Origin: an uncultured Bacillota bacterium
Lineage (GTDB): Bacteria > Bacillota_I > Bacilli_A > RF39 > UBA660
Assembly: GCA_958428295.1 (NCBI GenBank)
Contig: CAUAFL010000007.1
Coordinates: forward strand, 2,250-66,249
Length of the DNA: 64,000 nucleotides
Direction of reading: 5' to 3'
A model generated the notes under the pieces. That model did no database searches and was not told the origin of the DNA. It saw nothing but the letters and a program-made list of their open reading frames with translations. Position numbers and translations under genes: made by a program. This document shows, piece after piece, positions 29,780 through 39,432 of the stretch (position 1 is the stretch's first letter; every line of letters begins with the position of its first letter).

Positions 29780-30535
29780 ATGAAAAAATTAAAAATTATG
29801 ACTTTCAATTTAAAAAATAATTTGACAATTACCAAATCTAAAACCTATTGGTTAAAACGTCTTGGCCCCATTGCTAGTGTGATCTATGAAGAACAGCCAG
29901 ATATTGTAGGAACCCAAGAAATGGCTACTTCTATGCGTAAGTATTTAGAAAAGCTTTTACCAGAATATCAGTTCGTAGCAGCAGCAAGAACTAACGATCG
30001 GCACATTGATGATATAGCTAATACTATCTTAATTAAGAAGGAAATAGAAGTCCTCAGTTCTAAAATTTACTCTTTAGGGCCTAATATCTATCAGCCTGGT
30101 AGTAAAAATTTATTATGCACTATGCCTCGGTCATGTAATTGGGCCAAAGTAATGGTTAACCAACAGCCCATAGAGTTATTTAATGTACACCTAGATCATC
30201 TGTTTCAAAGAACTAGAAACTTCCAAATTACACAACTAGAAAAAATATTTACTCTTTCTAACCCATCTGATAAGGCTAAGATTATTACAGGTGATTTTAA
30301 TATGACTTACCAAGCTAAATTGAATGAAATGTGTAAAAGACATCATCTCTATGATGCGGCTAAAGGTCTAGGGTCTACTTTTCGAGCACTCCCTTATCAA
30401 GCTGCCATCGATCATATTTTATTAACAGATGACTTTGAACTAGTGGATTGCTATCTAAAAAAAGAAAGTTATAATGGAGTATTTCCTAGTGATCATTATC
30501 CAGTAACAGCTAAAGTTTACCTTAAAAAACCTTAA
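29780..30535 (+). CDS. Endonuclease/exonuclease/phosphatase (EEP) family protein
   Basis: MTFNLKN..., GTQE, GDFN, IDHILL and SDHYPV are the canonical EEP motif series. Confidence 0.8.
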   Translation: MKKLKIMTFNLKNNLTITKSKTYWLKRLGPIASVIYEEQPDIVGTQEMATSMRKYLEKLLPEYQFVAAARTNDRHIDDIANTILIKKEIEVLSSKIYSLGPNIYQPGSKNLLCTMPRSCNWAKVMVNQQPIELFNVHLDHLFQRTRNFQITQLEKIFTLSNPSDKAKIITGDFNMTYQAKLNEMCKRHHLYDAAKGLGSTFRALPYQAAIDHILLTDDFELVDCYLKKESYNGVFPSDHYPVTAKVYLKKP

Positions 30536-30620
30536 GTTCTGTCAAAGTAAGACAAATTAGCAAGGCAGTCTTTCTTTTTTTTGTTGGCTTTGCTACAATG
30601 AAATAGAAGGGATGGTCAGT

Positions 30621-31223
30621 ATGAGAATTGGAGTGGACATCGATGGAGTATTAAATGACGTAGCAGAGTGGCACTTTTCGCTAGGGTCAAAATTTTGCTT
30701 AGATCATCATATTAATCGTGGCTTTGATCCTACCAAGTACTATATGGAAGATCAATTCTATTTAACGACGGAAGAAAATAAAGAATTTTGGCGTCAATAT
30801 ATCTTTGATTTACTAATTGCTATTCCGCCTCGTCCTTTTGCTAGTGAAGTAATCCATCGTCTGCGGCAAAATCATCATCAAATTATTATTCTAACAGCAA
30901 GAGATAATCAATACTTAACTCATCAATATAATGGAACCATTGACTTTTATGTTAAAGAATGGTTAGCTAAATATAACATTGAATACGACGAAATAATTAC
31001 GGGAAGTACGAACAAAAAACAAAAATGTCTAGCTGCTAATTTAGACTTGATGATTGAAGATAAAACCTCTAATATCGAAATGATTCAAAACATTATTCCC
31101 GTATTTGTATTTGATGCTCCCTACAATCAAAATTGTAAAGGTAAAAATATTGTTCGTGTATATAGTTGGTATCAGATTTACCAAGAAATATTAAACAAAT
31201 TTGCGGCCGTTGAAATACTATAA
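30621..31223 (+). CDS. HAD-superfamily 5'(3')-(deoxy)nucleotidase-like protein (NT5C/YqfW-like)
   Basis: MRIGVDIDGVLND (HAD motif I DxDGV), ILTAR (motif II) and the terminal D in IEDK. Start taken at 30621, after a GAAGGGA RBS. Confidence 0.6.
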   Translation: MRIGVDIDGVLNDVAEWHFSLGSKFCLDHHINRGFDPTKYYMEDQFYLTTEENKEFWRQYIFDLLIAIPPRPFASEVIHRLRQNHHQIIILTARDNQYLTHQYNGTIDFYVKEWLAKYNIEYDEIITGSTNKKQKCLAANLDLMIEDKTSNIEMIQNIIPVFVFDAPYNQNCKGKNIVRVYSWYQIYQEILNKFAAVEIL

Positions 31224-31238
31224 AGTAGAGGTGATACA

Positions 31239-31424
31239 ATGAAACGTCTTAACCAACAGGGCTTTAGTATAGGGGTAATGATTGGATTTATTAGTTTTTT
31301 TCTAATTATTATGATTGCCATTATTATTTTAGCCTATAATTATGGCATTGCTAAAAATGCCAAAGACCCAGCAATAAAAATTGAAGAAAATATGTTTGTT
31401 CCCAATGATAGCGGGACAAACTAA
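31239..31424 (+). CDS. Small membrane protein (61 aa), unknown
   Basis: GAGGTGA RBS and a single TM helix ([23 protein letters not shown]). Confidence 0.5.
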   Translation: MKRLNQQGFSIGVMIGFISFFLIIMIAIIILAYNYGIAKNAKDPAIKIEENMFVPNDSGTN

Positions 31425-31441
31425 TAAAAAGGAGAGATAAA

Positions 31442-32455
31442 ATGATAAAAGTAGCAATTAATGGGTTTGGGAGAATTGGTCGGCTAGTATTTCGGTTAAT
31501 GGAGGAAGATGAAGCATTTGAAATTGTTGCAATTAATGATTTAACAGATGCTGAACAATTAGCGTATTTATTAAAATATGACACCTCCCATCGAGGATAT
31601 AAACAGGATCAAATACATGCTGAAGAAGATTATCTAGTCGTTGGGGATAAAAAAATCAAGATTTTTAAGGAAAAAGATCCTAGTAACTTACCCTGGAAGG
31701 ACCTAGCCATTGATGTTGTCTACGAATGTACCGGTTTCTTTACATCACTTGAGAAAGCGCTTGCTCATATTGAAGCTGGTGCTAGGAAAGTTGTGATTTC
31801 CGCACCTTCTAAAGGCGATTTAAAAACAATTGTCTATAATGTAAATCAGCAAACATTAACAGGGGAAGAACAAGTCATTTCTGCAGCTAGTTGTACTACA
31901 AATTGTTTAGCGCCTGTTTTACAAGTGTTAGAAGATAGTTTTGGGATTGAACAAGGATATATGACGACTGTACATGCTTATACAAATGATCAAGCTACTT
32001 TGGATGTGGCACACAAAAAAGGGATTTATGCCCGTCGGGGAAGAGCAAGTGCTGCGAATATTGTCCCTGCCTCTACTGGGGCTGCTAGTGCGATTGGCAA
32101 AGTTCTTCCTAATTTGGAAGGTAAATTAGCAGGAACGGCGATGCGTGTCCCTGTAATCACAGGATCCGTCATTGACTTAGTATTGAAATTAAAACGCAAA
32201 GTGACAGTAGAGGAAATTAATACTACCTTAAAGGAACACTGTAATGAGACCTTAGGGTATACGACTGACCCCATTGTCTCTAGTGATACAATTGGTATGC
32301 GCTATGGGGCTTTAGTCGATAGTTTGTTAACCTCTGTAAATGAGGTAGAAGGTGAACAACTAGTGAAAGTAGTGGCCTGGTACGATAATGAAATGAGTTA
32401 CTCAGCTCAAATGGTACGTACGGCTAAATATTTTGCTACCTTACAAAGTTGTTAG
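31442..32455 (+). CDS. gap: Glyceraldehyde-3-phosphate dehydrogenase
   Basis: [14 protein letters not shown] and active-site [12 protein letters not shown]. Confidence 0.97.
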   Translation: MIKVAINGFGRIGRLVFRLMEEDEAFEIVAINDLTDAEQLAYLLKYDTSHRGYKQDQIHAEEDYLVVGDKKIKIFKEKDPSNLPWKDLAIDVVYECTGFFTSLEKALAHIEAGARKVVISAPSKGDLKTIVYNVNQQTLTGEEQVISAASCTTNCLAPVLQVLEDSFGIEQGYMTTVHAYTNDQATLDVAHKKGIYARRGRASAANIVPASTGAASAIGKVLPNLEGKLAGTAMRVPVITGSVIDLVLKLKRKVTVEEINTTLKEHCNETLGYTTDPIVSSDTIGMRYGALVDSLLTSVNEVEGEQLVKVVAWYDNEMSYSAQMVRTAKYFATLQSC

Positions 32456-32520
32456 AAAGGAGCAAGGCTCTTTTTTTTAAGCTAAAAAAATGCTATACTT
32501 AGAAAGAAAGGATGAGTGTG

Positions 32521-33702
32521 ATGAAAAAAACGATTAAGGATTTTAGGTTAAAAGGCAAAAAAGTTATAATTCGCAGTGATTTAAATGTCCCCTTAAAAGA
32601 AGGAAAAATATTAGATGATACTAGAATCCAAAAAAGCTTAGAAACCATTGACTATGCTTTAGAACATGGTGCTAAAGTGATTGTTCTATCGCACCTAGGA
32701 AGGATTAATAGCCCCACAGACTTAGCTAAAAATGACTTAAAAATTGTCGCTCAACGTCTTGAAGAATTACTTCAAAGAAAAATCTTATTTGTTCCTAAGA
32801 CAAGAGGAAAAGAAGTCGAAAATGCAGTACAAGCTTTAACCAATGGGCAAGTATTATTATTGCAAAATACGCGCTATGAAGATCTAGAAGGTAACAAAGA
32901 AAGTAATTGTGATTCTGAATTAGCTAAATATTGGGCAGGCTTAGGCGACATTTTTATTAATGATGCGTTTGGGACCCTACATCGTCGTCATGCTTCTAAT
33001 GTTGGTATCAGTGCTTATCTGCCCAGTGGTATTGGATTTTTAGTGGCCAAAGAACTAACCGCTTTAGATTATCTTTTTCATCCTGATAAACCATTTATGA
33101 TAATTTTAGGTGGTGCTAAAGTGAAAGATAAAATAGGGTTAATCGAACATTTATTACCCCAGTGCGCTAAAATATTAATTGGTGGCGGCATGGCTTTCAG
33201 CTTTTTACAAGCCGATGGCTATGAAGTTGGCAATTCTCTGATTGATAAAGAAACTCTCGGTTTCTGTGAGAAGCTATTAACAACATATTCTGATAAAATT
33301 ATTCTACCAATAGATGTAATGACCAGTACCGAATTTAGTAATCACTCTTCTCGGAAATTGAAAGCTATTAATGAAATAGAATTTAATGAAATAGGATTAG
33401 ATATTGGCCCTGAGACAATCTCCTTATTTGAACGTTATTTACAAGAAGCAAACACAATTCTCTGGAATGGACCCTTAGGTGTTTACGAATTTGAAAAATA
33501 TCAACAGGGAACAAAACAATTATTAACTTTTATTAATCAACAATCTAATAAAGCCGTATTAGCTGGCGGAGATATGGTCGCTGCCGCTAAACAATTAAAC
33601 TTAACTACTAACCTATACCATGTCTCAACTGGTGGAGGTGCCACCTTAGCATACTTAGAAGGCCAAAAGTTGCCAGGATTAGAAACTATTCCTGAGGTAT
33701 AA
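32521..33702 (+). CDS. pgk: Phosphoglycerate kinase
   Basis: VIIRSDLNVP, SHLGR, GGAKVKDKI and STGGGA. ATG at 32521 preferred (AAAGGA RBS). Confidence 0.96.
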   Translation: MKKTIKDFRLKGKKVIIRSDLNVPLKEGKILDDTRIQKSLETIDYALEHGAKVIVLSHLGRINSPTDLAKNDLKIVAQRLEELLQRKILFVPKTRGKEVENAVQALTNGQVLLLQNTRYEDLEGNKESNCDSELAKYWAGLGDIFINDAFGTLHRRHASNVGISAYLPSGIGFLVAKELTALDYLFHPDKPFMIILGGAKVKDKIGLIEHLLPQCAKILIGGGMAFSFLQADGYEVGNSLIDKETLGFCEKLLTTYSDKIILPIDVMTSTEFSNHSSRKLKAINEIEFNEIGLDIGPETISLFERYLQEANTILWNGPLGVYEFEKYQQGTKQLLTFINQQSNKAVLAGGDMVAAAKQLNLTTNLYHVSTGGGATLAYLEGQKLPGLETIPEV

Positions 33703-33704
33703 AC

Positions 33705-34181
33705 ATGAATGAAAAAAGAATAGAAATAATCAATCCTAATAAAGATGATCATATTGAATTATTAAATGACTTTTGTCTACGAAACAATATAGATAATGTA
33801 GCCAAAATTTTTAAACAACAAAAAAAAGAAAATCAGCTGCCGTATCATCCTTTTATTGATACGTATCTAGGTCTTTTTGCAAATAATACAATAGTTGATT
33901 ACTGTTATATTCATGGAGAACGTGACCTAGGGCAATGTTTTTTAGAATTTCCACAAATCACAGAAAAACGTCCTACCAAAAAACGGAAGTTAGTAGCGCT
34001 AGCCATTGATTATGCATTTCAAGACTTAGGAATGGAAAATGTATTTATCAAGACGACAGGGGAAGATCCATTCCTTGCCCAGAATTTACAGAATTTAGGA
34101 TTTTTATCTTTAGGAAAAGAAGCAAACAGTATCATTTATATGAAGACAAAAGAAGAGGTAGTAAAGGAAAAGGTCATATGA
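33705..34181 (+). CDS. Small GNAT-like acetyltransferase-fold protein (tentative)
   Basis: 158 aa, starting 2 nt after pgk. The C-terminal pattern (ALAIDYAFQDLGMENVFIKT...NLGFLSLGKE) is GNAT-like, but the assignment is weak. Confidence 0.4.
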   Translation: MNEKRIEIINPNKDDHIELLNDFCLRNNIDNVAKIFKQQKKENQLPYHPFIDTYLGLFANNTIVDYCYIHGERDLGQCFLEFPQITEKRPTKKRKLVALAIDYAFQDLGMENVFIKTTGEDPFLAQNLQNLGFLSLGKEANSIIYMKTKEEVVKEKVI

Positions 34182-35191
34182 AAAATTTAAAAAGAAATAG
34201 CCTGATTATTCTAATTATTACGATCTTAGTATTATATCTTTCTTTAAAAGATGATGTCTCTTCTGTAATAGCAATAATGCAAAAAATGGATTATCGCTTT
34301 ATTCTGTTAGCCTTTTTCTTTTATTTTCTATATTTATTTTTTAAAGCGCTGGTCAATTATTACTGGGTCAATGAAAAGACAAAATTATCTTTAAAAGAAG
34401 CGTTAGAACATACGATTATTACCCAGTTCTTTAATGGAATTACGCCATTTTCTACTGGGGGGCAGCCCATGGAAATCTATATGCTGAAAGAACATGGTCA
34501 ACGGACGACAAAAGCAACAAATATTATCATGCAAAACTTTGTTGTCTATCAACTAGCCTTAGTTTTATTTGGCTTATTCGCCGTTTTATATAATGCTAAG
34601 ACTCAAATATTAGTCAATAATAGTCTGTTGAAAAACTTAATTTTGCTAGGATTTCTCATCAATTTAATAGTCGCTATTTTTATTTTTTTCATTGCTACCT
34701 CTAAAAAGTTTACAAAGTTCACTCTCCATTTATTAATTAATATTTTCTCTCGACTAAAGTTCATTAAAAATAAAGAAAATACACTTAAAAAGTGGGAAGA
34801 ACGTTTAACCGACTTTCATCAATATACAAATGAAATGAAAGATAAAAAAGGTCTATTTGCCTTAGGTATTATTTTAAACTTACTAGGGCTAGCCGCCTAC
34901 TATATTATTCCTTTATTTTTAGCATATAGTCTTCATGACTATACCTCTTTAACCATCAGCAAAACATTAGTAGCATCCGCTTATGTTCTAATCATTGGTT
35001 CCTTTGTTCCCATCCCTGGAGCAACGGGAGGAATTGAATATGGATTTATGCAGATGTTTAGCAACTTCCTGCCTGGTAGTGAGTTAAGTGCTATGATGAT
35101 TATTTGGCGTTTTATTACGTATTATCTAGGAATGATGATAGGAGGTATCTTATTTAATTTCCATCAAGGAGGGAAAAAATCATGCGCATAG
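34178..35191 (+). CDS. Flippase-like / lysyl-phosphatidylglycerol-synthase TM-region family membrane protein (UPF0104)
   Basis: About 8 TM helices with conserved FFNGITPFSTGGQPMEIY and PGATGGIEYGF motifs. It overlaps both neighbours. Confidence 0.7.
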   Translation: MKNLKRNSLIILIITILVLYLSLKDDVSSVIAIMQKMDYRFILLAFFFYFLYLFFKALVNYYWVNEKTKLSLKEALEHTIITQFFNGITPFSTGGQPMEIYMLKEHGQRTTKATNIIMQNFVVYQLALVLFGLFAVLYNAKTQILVNNSLLKNLILLGFLINLIVAIFIFFIATSKKFTKFTLHLLINIFSRLKFIKNKENTLKKWEERLTDFHQYTNEMKDKKGLFALGIILNLLGLAAYYIIPLFLAYSLHDYTSLTISKTLVASAYVLIIGSFVPIPGATGGIEYGFMQMFSNFLPGSELSAMMIIWRFITYYLGMMIGGILFNFHQGGKKSCA

Positions 35192-36435
35192 GAATTTTTA
35201 CAGATAGTTATCCCCCATTTATTAATGGGGTATCCACAAGTATCGATACATTGAAAAAGGCATTAGAGCAACAAGGGCATACAGTTTATATAGTGACAGT
35301 TGGACAGGATGCCACCACTTATTCATATAATGAACAACAAAAGGTTTTAAAAGTACCAGGGCTTCCTCTTGGAATATACGATTATCGAGTGGCTAGTATC
35401 TATCCTCTAAAGGTATTAAACCAAATTAAATCCTGGAATTTAGATGTTATTCATTCACAAACAGAATTATGTATGGGTATATTTGCTCGTCTGTTTGCCA
35501 AACAATATGGTATTCCCTTAGTTCATACGTATCATACAATGTATAAGGACTATACTTACTATATTTCTAGAAATCATAAATATTTTGACATGGGCTGCAA
35601 AAAAGCCGTGGAATATTTAAGTAAGTTTTACTGTGATAGTACGGCTAATGCCTTTATTGTTCCAACCGTTAAGACGTATCACTTATTCCGTGATGAATAT
35701 CATTATAATAAGGATATTTTTATTGTTCCAACGGGAATTGATGCCCAAAGTTTTTATCAAGAAAATATCAATATGACTCAAGTAGCCAAACTACGGCGTA
35801 GTCTAGGTTATAAAAAAAGTGATTTTGTCATTTTATTTGTGGGTCGTCTTGCACAAGAAAAAAATATTGAGTTTCTGTTAAAAATGATGCAAATAGTGAA
35901 ACGAAATAACAAAAATATTAAACTACTATTTGTCGGTGATGGACCAGATAAAGAAAAATATGAGGCTGATGCCAAAGTATGGGACGTTGAAGAAATTACT
36001 CTTTTTGCAGGACGTGTACCCTTAACCGAAATGCCGCTTTATTATCATTGTTGTGATCTTTTTGTAACGGCATCTATCACAGAAACGCAAGGATTAACGG
36101 TCATTGAAGCACTAGCCGCTTCCAAACCAGTTGTCTGTATTGAAGATGAAGCATTTCACACTATGGTAACGGAAGGCGTTAATGGTCGTTTCTTTGCCAC
36201 GGAACGAGGATGTGCCGAAATTATAGAAGAATTAGCGCACGATAAAAATCAATATCTTTCCTTAAGCAAAGCTGCCCGTAACAGTATTAAAAAATATTCC
36301 CTTTCTTCCTTTGCAACAAGTGTTTTAGAGGTTTATCAAGTGGCTATTAAAAACTTTAATAATAAAAAAGATTTTTCTAGTATTGTCAGACGCGTTTTTA
36401 AAAATCGTAAAGAAAAGAAGGAGAAAAATGAATGA
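35182..36435 (+). CDS. GT4-family glycosyltransferase, diacylglycerol glycosyltransferase-like (glycolipid synthase)
   Basis: MRIGIFTDSYPPFINGVSTSI N-terminus, as in MGlcDAG synthases/CpoA, and the C-terminal GT-B motif (ETQGLTVIEALA..P). Confidence 0.8.
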   Translation: MRIGIFTDSYPPFINGVSTSIDTLKKALEQQGHTVYIVTVGQDATTYSYNEQQKVLKVPGLPLGIYDYRVASIYPLKVLNQIKSWNLDVIHSQTELCMGIFARLFAKQYGIPLVHTYHTMYKDYTYYISRNHKYFDMGCKKAVEYLSKFYCDSTANAFIVPTVKTYHLFRDEYHYNKDIFIVPTGIDAQSFYQENINMTQVAKLRRSLGYKKSDFVILFVGRLAQEKNIEFLLKMMQIVKRNNKNIKLLFVGDGPDKEKYEADAKVWDVEEITLFAGRVPLTEMPLYYHCCDLFVTASITETQGLTVIEALAASKPVVCIEDEAFHTMVTEGVNGRFFATERGCAEIIEELAHDKNQYLSLSKAARNSIKKYSLSSFATSVLEVYQVAIKNFNNKKDFSSIVRRVFKNRKEKKEKNE

Positions 36436-37121
36436 TTGTTGCTCTTAACCATAAAAGTCAGCTATTGTCATCACAGATGCTAACCTATTTACAAGAATAC
36501 CAAAAATTACAAACCTATAATCATCAATTGCTCTTATTTCCTAGTACCTGTTATTTAGGGTTATGTCAAAACATAGAAAATCTAGGAAGTCAGGATCTCA
36601 GTTGTTATCCAAAAGGGGCATATACCGGCGAAATATCTGGCGAAGCACTAAAATCATTAGGGGTAAGTTATGTTTTAATTAATCATAGTGAACGACACCT
36701 TTATCAACAAGAGACGCTTTCTCTAGCTTCTCAAAAATTACAAAGAGCGTTAGCGACCTCTTTAATTCCTATCATTTGTATTGGCGAAACGCTGCAAGAA
36801 CATCAAGCTGGAACCTACTTAGAAGTTTTACAGCAAAAACTGGACCAGTTAATATCTTCTAAAGTAAAAGGATCATTTATCATCGCTTATGAGCCGCTCT
36901 ATGCTATTGGTAGTGGAATAATTCCTGAAGCTAGTGATATCAGTGAAGTAGTATCTATGCTAAAAAGAAAGTACAATTGTCCAGTTCTCTATGGAGGTAG
37001 CCTTAATGTCAAAAATATTGATATTATCACCAAAATTCCTTTACTGGATGGTATTTTATTAGGAGGAGTTAGTCTTAATTTAACTACTTTGCAACAATTA
37101 CTAGCCAAATTGCCTTCCTAA
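36432..37121 (+). CDS. tpiA: Triosephosphate isomerase (short, divergent)
   Basis: Catalytic positions are retained: LNHK (for GNWK), INHSERH (His95 region), AYEPLYAIGSG (Glu165 loop) and YGGS. It is 229 aa and has an ATGA overlap with the GT4 gene. Confidence 0.8.
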   Translation: MIVALNHKSQLLSSQMLTYLQEYQKLQTYNHQLLLFPSTCYLGLCQNIENLGSQDLSCYPKGAYTGEISGEALKSLGVSYVLINHSERHLYQQETLSLASQKLQRALATSLIPIICIGETLQEHQAGTYLEVLQQKLDQLISSKVKGSFIIAYEPLYAIGSGIIPEASDISEVVSMLKRKYNCPVLYGGSLNVKNIDIITKIPLLDGILLGGVSLNLTTLQQLLAKLPS

Positions 37122-37138
37122 TACGAAGAAAAAAGAAG

Positions 37139-37154
37139 TTTGACAAATTCGACA
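37139..37154 (+). promoter_or_regulatory. Tandem Spo0A-box-like sites upstream of spo0A (embedded in the tpiA terminator hairpin)
   Basis: TTCGACA (37148..37154) is the exact reverse complement of the 0A-box TGTCGAA. The adjacent TTTGACA (37139..37145) is a one-mismatch copy, 9 bp start-to-start. Confidence 0.5.
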
Positions 37155-37236
37155 AAATCTTCTTTTTTTTGCTCTATCAATTTCTTTTATCCTGGTATAT
37201 AATAAAAATGCGTGGTAGTATATGGAAGGAGAGAAA

Positions 37237-38013
37237 ATGAAAAAAACCAACGTATTAATGATTGATGATAATATTGAATTAGTAACCATGGTAGAGGAGT
37301 ACTTCAGTGAACATGAGGAAATAAACATCAGCTTAACTGCTCATAATGGAGTAGAAGGATTAGATCTTATTGAAAACTCCCAAGATAAATATGATGTCAT
37401 CTTACTGGACTTAATTATGCCCAAGAAAGATGGTATGCAGGTATTAAAAGAAATGCATGAGAAGGGGATGCAGAAAAAAGTGATTGTCCTAACCTCATTT
37501 AATACCCAAGATGTCATTCGGCAAGCAAGTGAATTAGGAATCAGTTACTTTATTTTAAAACCGTTTGAATTAAGTGATTTAGAAAAGCGTATTTTAGAAT
37601 GTAATAGTGATGATGAATTCAGTCGTAAAACAATTGATATGCGCTATAATAATTTACAAGTATCGATTACCAAAATTCTACATGAATTAGGGGTTCCTTC
37701 CCATATTAAGGGCTATCAATATATTCGCGAAGGAGTAACTGTTCTTTTTGAACGACCTGAAGTGATTGGTGGGATTACGAAAGAATTATATCCTGACATT
37801 GCTGAAAAATTTGATACAACCGTCTCAAGAGTCGAACGTGCTATTCGTCATGCTATTGAGGTCAGTTGGAATCGTGGTAACTGGCAATTAATGGAGGAAA
37901 TCTTTGGTCATAGTGTTGACATTGATAAAGCGAAACCGACAAATTCGGAATTTATTGTAACCGTAGCCGATAAACTTCGTCTAGAATTTCATCAAGATGC
38001 CATTAGACAGTAG
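37237..38013 (+). CDS. spo0A: Sporulation master regulator Spo0A
   Basis: A receiver domain (MIDDN...[14 protein letters not shown]) plus the unmistakable Spo0A C-terminal domain ([18 protein letters not shown]...[19 protein letters not shown]...[19 protein letters not shown]). Confidence 0.95.
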   Translation: MKKTNVLMIDDNIELVTMVEEYFSEHEEINISLTAHNGVEGLDLIENSQDKYDVILLDLIMPKKDGMQVLKEMHEKGMQKKVIVLTSFNTQDVIRQASELGISYFILKPFELSDLEKRILECNSDDEFSRKTIDMRYNNLQVSITKILHELGVPSHIKGYQYIREGVTVLFERPEVIGGITKELYPDIAEKFDTTVSRVERAIRHAIEVSWNRGNWQLMEEIFGHSVDIDKAKPTNSEFIVTVADKLRLEFHQDAIRQ

Positions 38014-38129
38014 TACTAAGACGAGCAGTAGTAGTCTTTTTTATTTGCGCTTATAACGCTACTAATCTTGACACTTTTAGCAACATAAACTATACTTAAT
38101 TTATGAAATATGTGAGGTGATAACAATTT

Positions 38130-39407
38130 ATGGAACGAAAAATTATGAAATTCTTTCTGAAATGGAAAAATGATTTAATTCGCAAACCGTTATTACTTTT
38201 TGGTGGTAAACAAATTGGCAAAACTTATGCGGTCCTAGAATTTGGGCACAATTATTACAAAAAAGTAGCTTATATTAATACCACAGAAAATGAAGCCTTA
38301 CAACAATTATTTAAAAAAGAACGAGCAATTGATCGTTTAGCGATTGCCTTCACTTCCCTATGTGGCGTAGAAATAGATAAAGATAATACTTTAATTGTTT
38401 TTGATAATGTCAATGATGAAGAAATCATTAAGGGAATTAAACTCTTTGGTTTTGATCGCAATGAATATCATGTGATTGCCATTACCTCTAGTAAAGAGAA
38501 TATTCTTAAATTTCGTGGGGAAGAATTGCAATATAAAATGATGAATGAGATGGACTTTGAAGAATATTTGTGGGCGCGTGGAGAAAGAGCATTAAGTGAC
38601 AAAATTCGTTATGCTTACGCACATCATAAAAGTTGTGCTGCACATACGAAAGCCTTAGATTTCTTTATGGACTATTTACTAACTGGTGGCTACCCGGAAG
38701 TAGTGAAAGCTTTTATAAATCAACAAAGCGCTGCTCACCAAATTAGTATTCAAGAGAAAATTTTTGATACCTATCGCTCAGAATTAGTTAGTTGTAAAAA
38801 CTTGATAGATATTCCAAGAGGCGTAGAAGTATTAAATTGTCTTCCGCAACAATTACAAAAAAGAAATAAAAAATTCCAATATGGCTTATTAGGTTCTGGA
38901 AGGAGGGCAAAAGAGTATGAAAGTGTCATCAAATATTTAGTCAATAATCAATTAGTCTATCGTAGTTATAAAATCACTACGGTAAAGTCACCACTATCCA
39001 GTTGTCGTGAACTTGATAGTTTTAAATTATATTATACAGATGATGGTATATTGAGTAACAGACTTCATTTAACGAAACAGAAATTACTTCAGGACGAAGA
39101 ATTAAAAGCCACTCTTTATGAACATCATATTGCCCATACTTTAATGGAAGCCGGGTATTCTTTATATTACTATCAATCAGAAGGCAAAGCCGAAGTGGAT
39201 TTTGTCATCCAAAATCGCTTAGGAAAGATTATTCCCATTGAAATTGCTACGAGAAGTGGTTCTAAAGTAAAAAGTTTATCTGTTTTTATGAAAAAGTTTA
39301 TTGTAACTGAGGCTTATCGGATTACTGAAAACAACTTTGCTACCAAAAAAGGAGTGCAATATTTACCAGTTTATGCTGTTTTTTGCTTAAACGAACAACC
39401 TTATTAA
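38130..39407 (+). CDS. AAA-family ATPase with DUF4143-type C-terminal domain
   Basis: Walker A LLFGGKQIGKTY, Walker B-like LIVFDNV, and a C-terminal restriction-endonuclease-like fold pattern (EVDFVI...IPIEI). Confidence 0.7.
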   Translation: MERKIMKFFLKWKNDLIRKPLLLFGGKQIGKTYAVLEFGHNYYKKVAYINTTENEALQQLFKKERAIDRLAIAFTSLCGVEIDKDNTLIVFDNVNDEEIIKGIKLFGFDRNEYHVIAITSSKENILKFRGEELQYKMMNEMDFEEYLWARGERALSDKIRYAYAHHKSCAAHTKALDFFMDYLLTGGYPEVVKAFINQQSAAHQISIQEKIFDTYRSELVSCKNLIDIPRGVEVLNCLPQQLQKRNKKFQYGLLGSGRRAKEYESVIKYLVNNQLVYRSYKITTVKSPLSSCRELDSFKLYYTDDGILSNRLHLTKQKLLQDEELKATLYEHHIAHTLMEAGYSLYYYQSEGKAEVDFVIQNRLGKIIPIEIATRSGSKVKSLSVFMKKFIVTEAYRITENNFATKKGVQYLPVYAVFCLNEQPY

Positions 39408-39432
39408 ACAAAACCAGAAAGGAGAGAATTAA

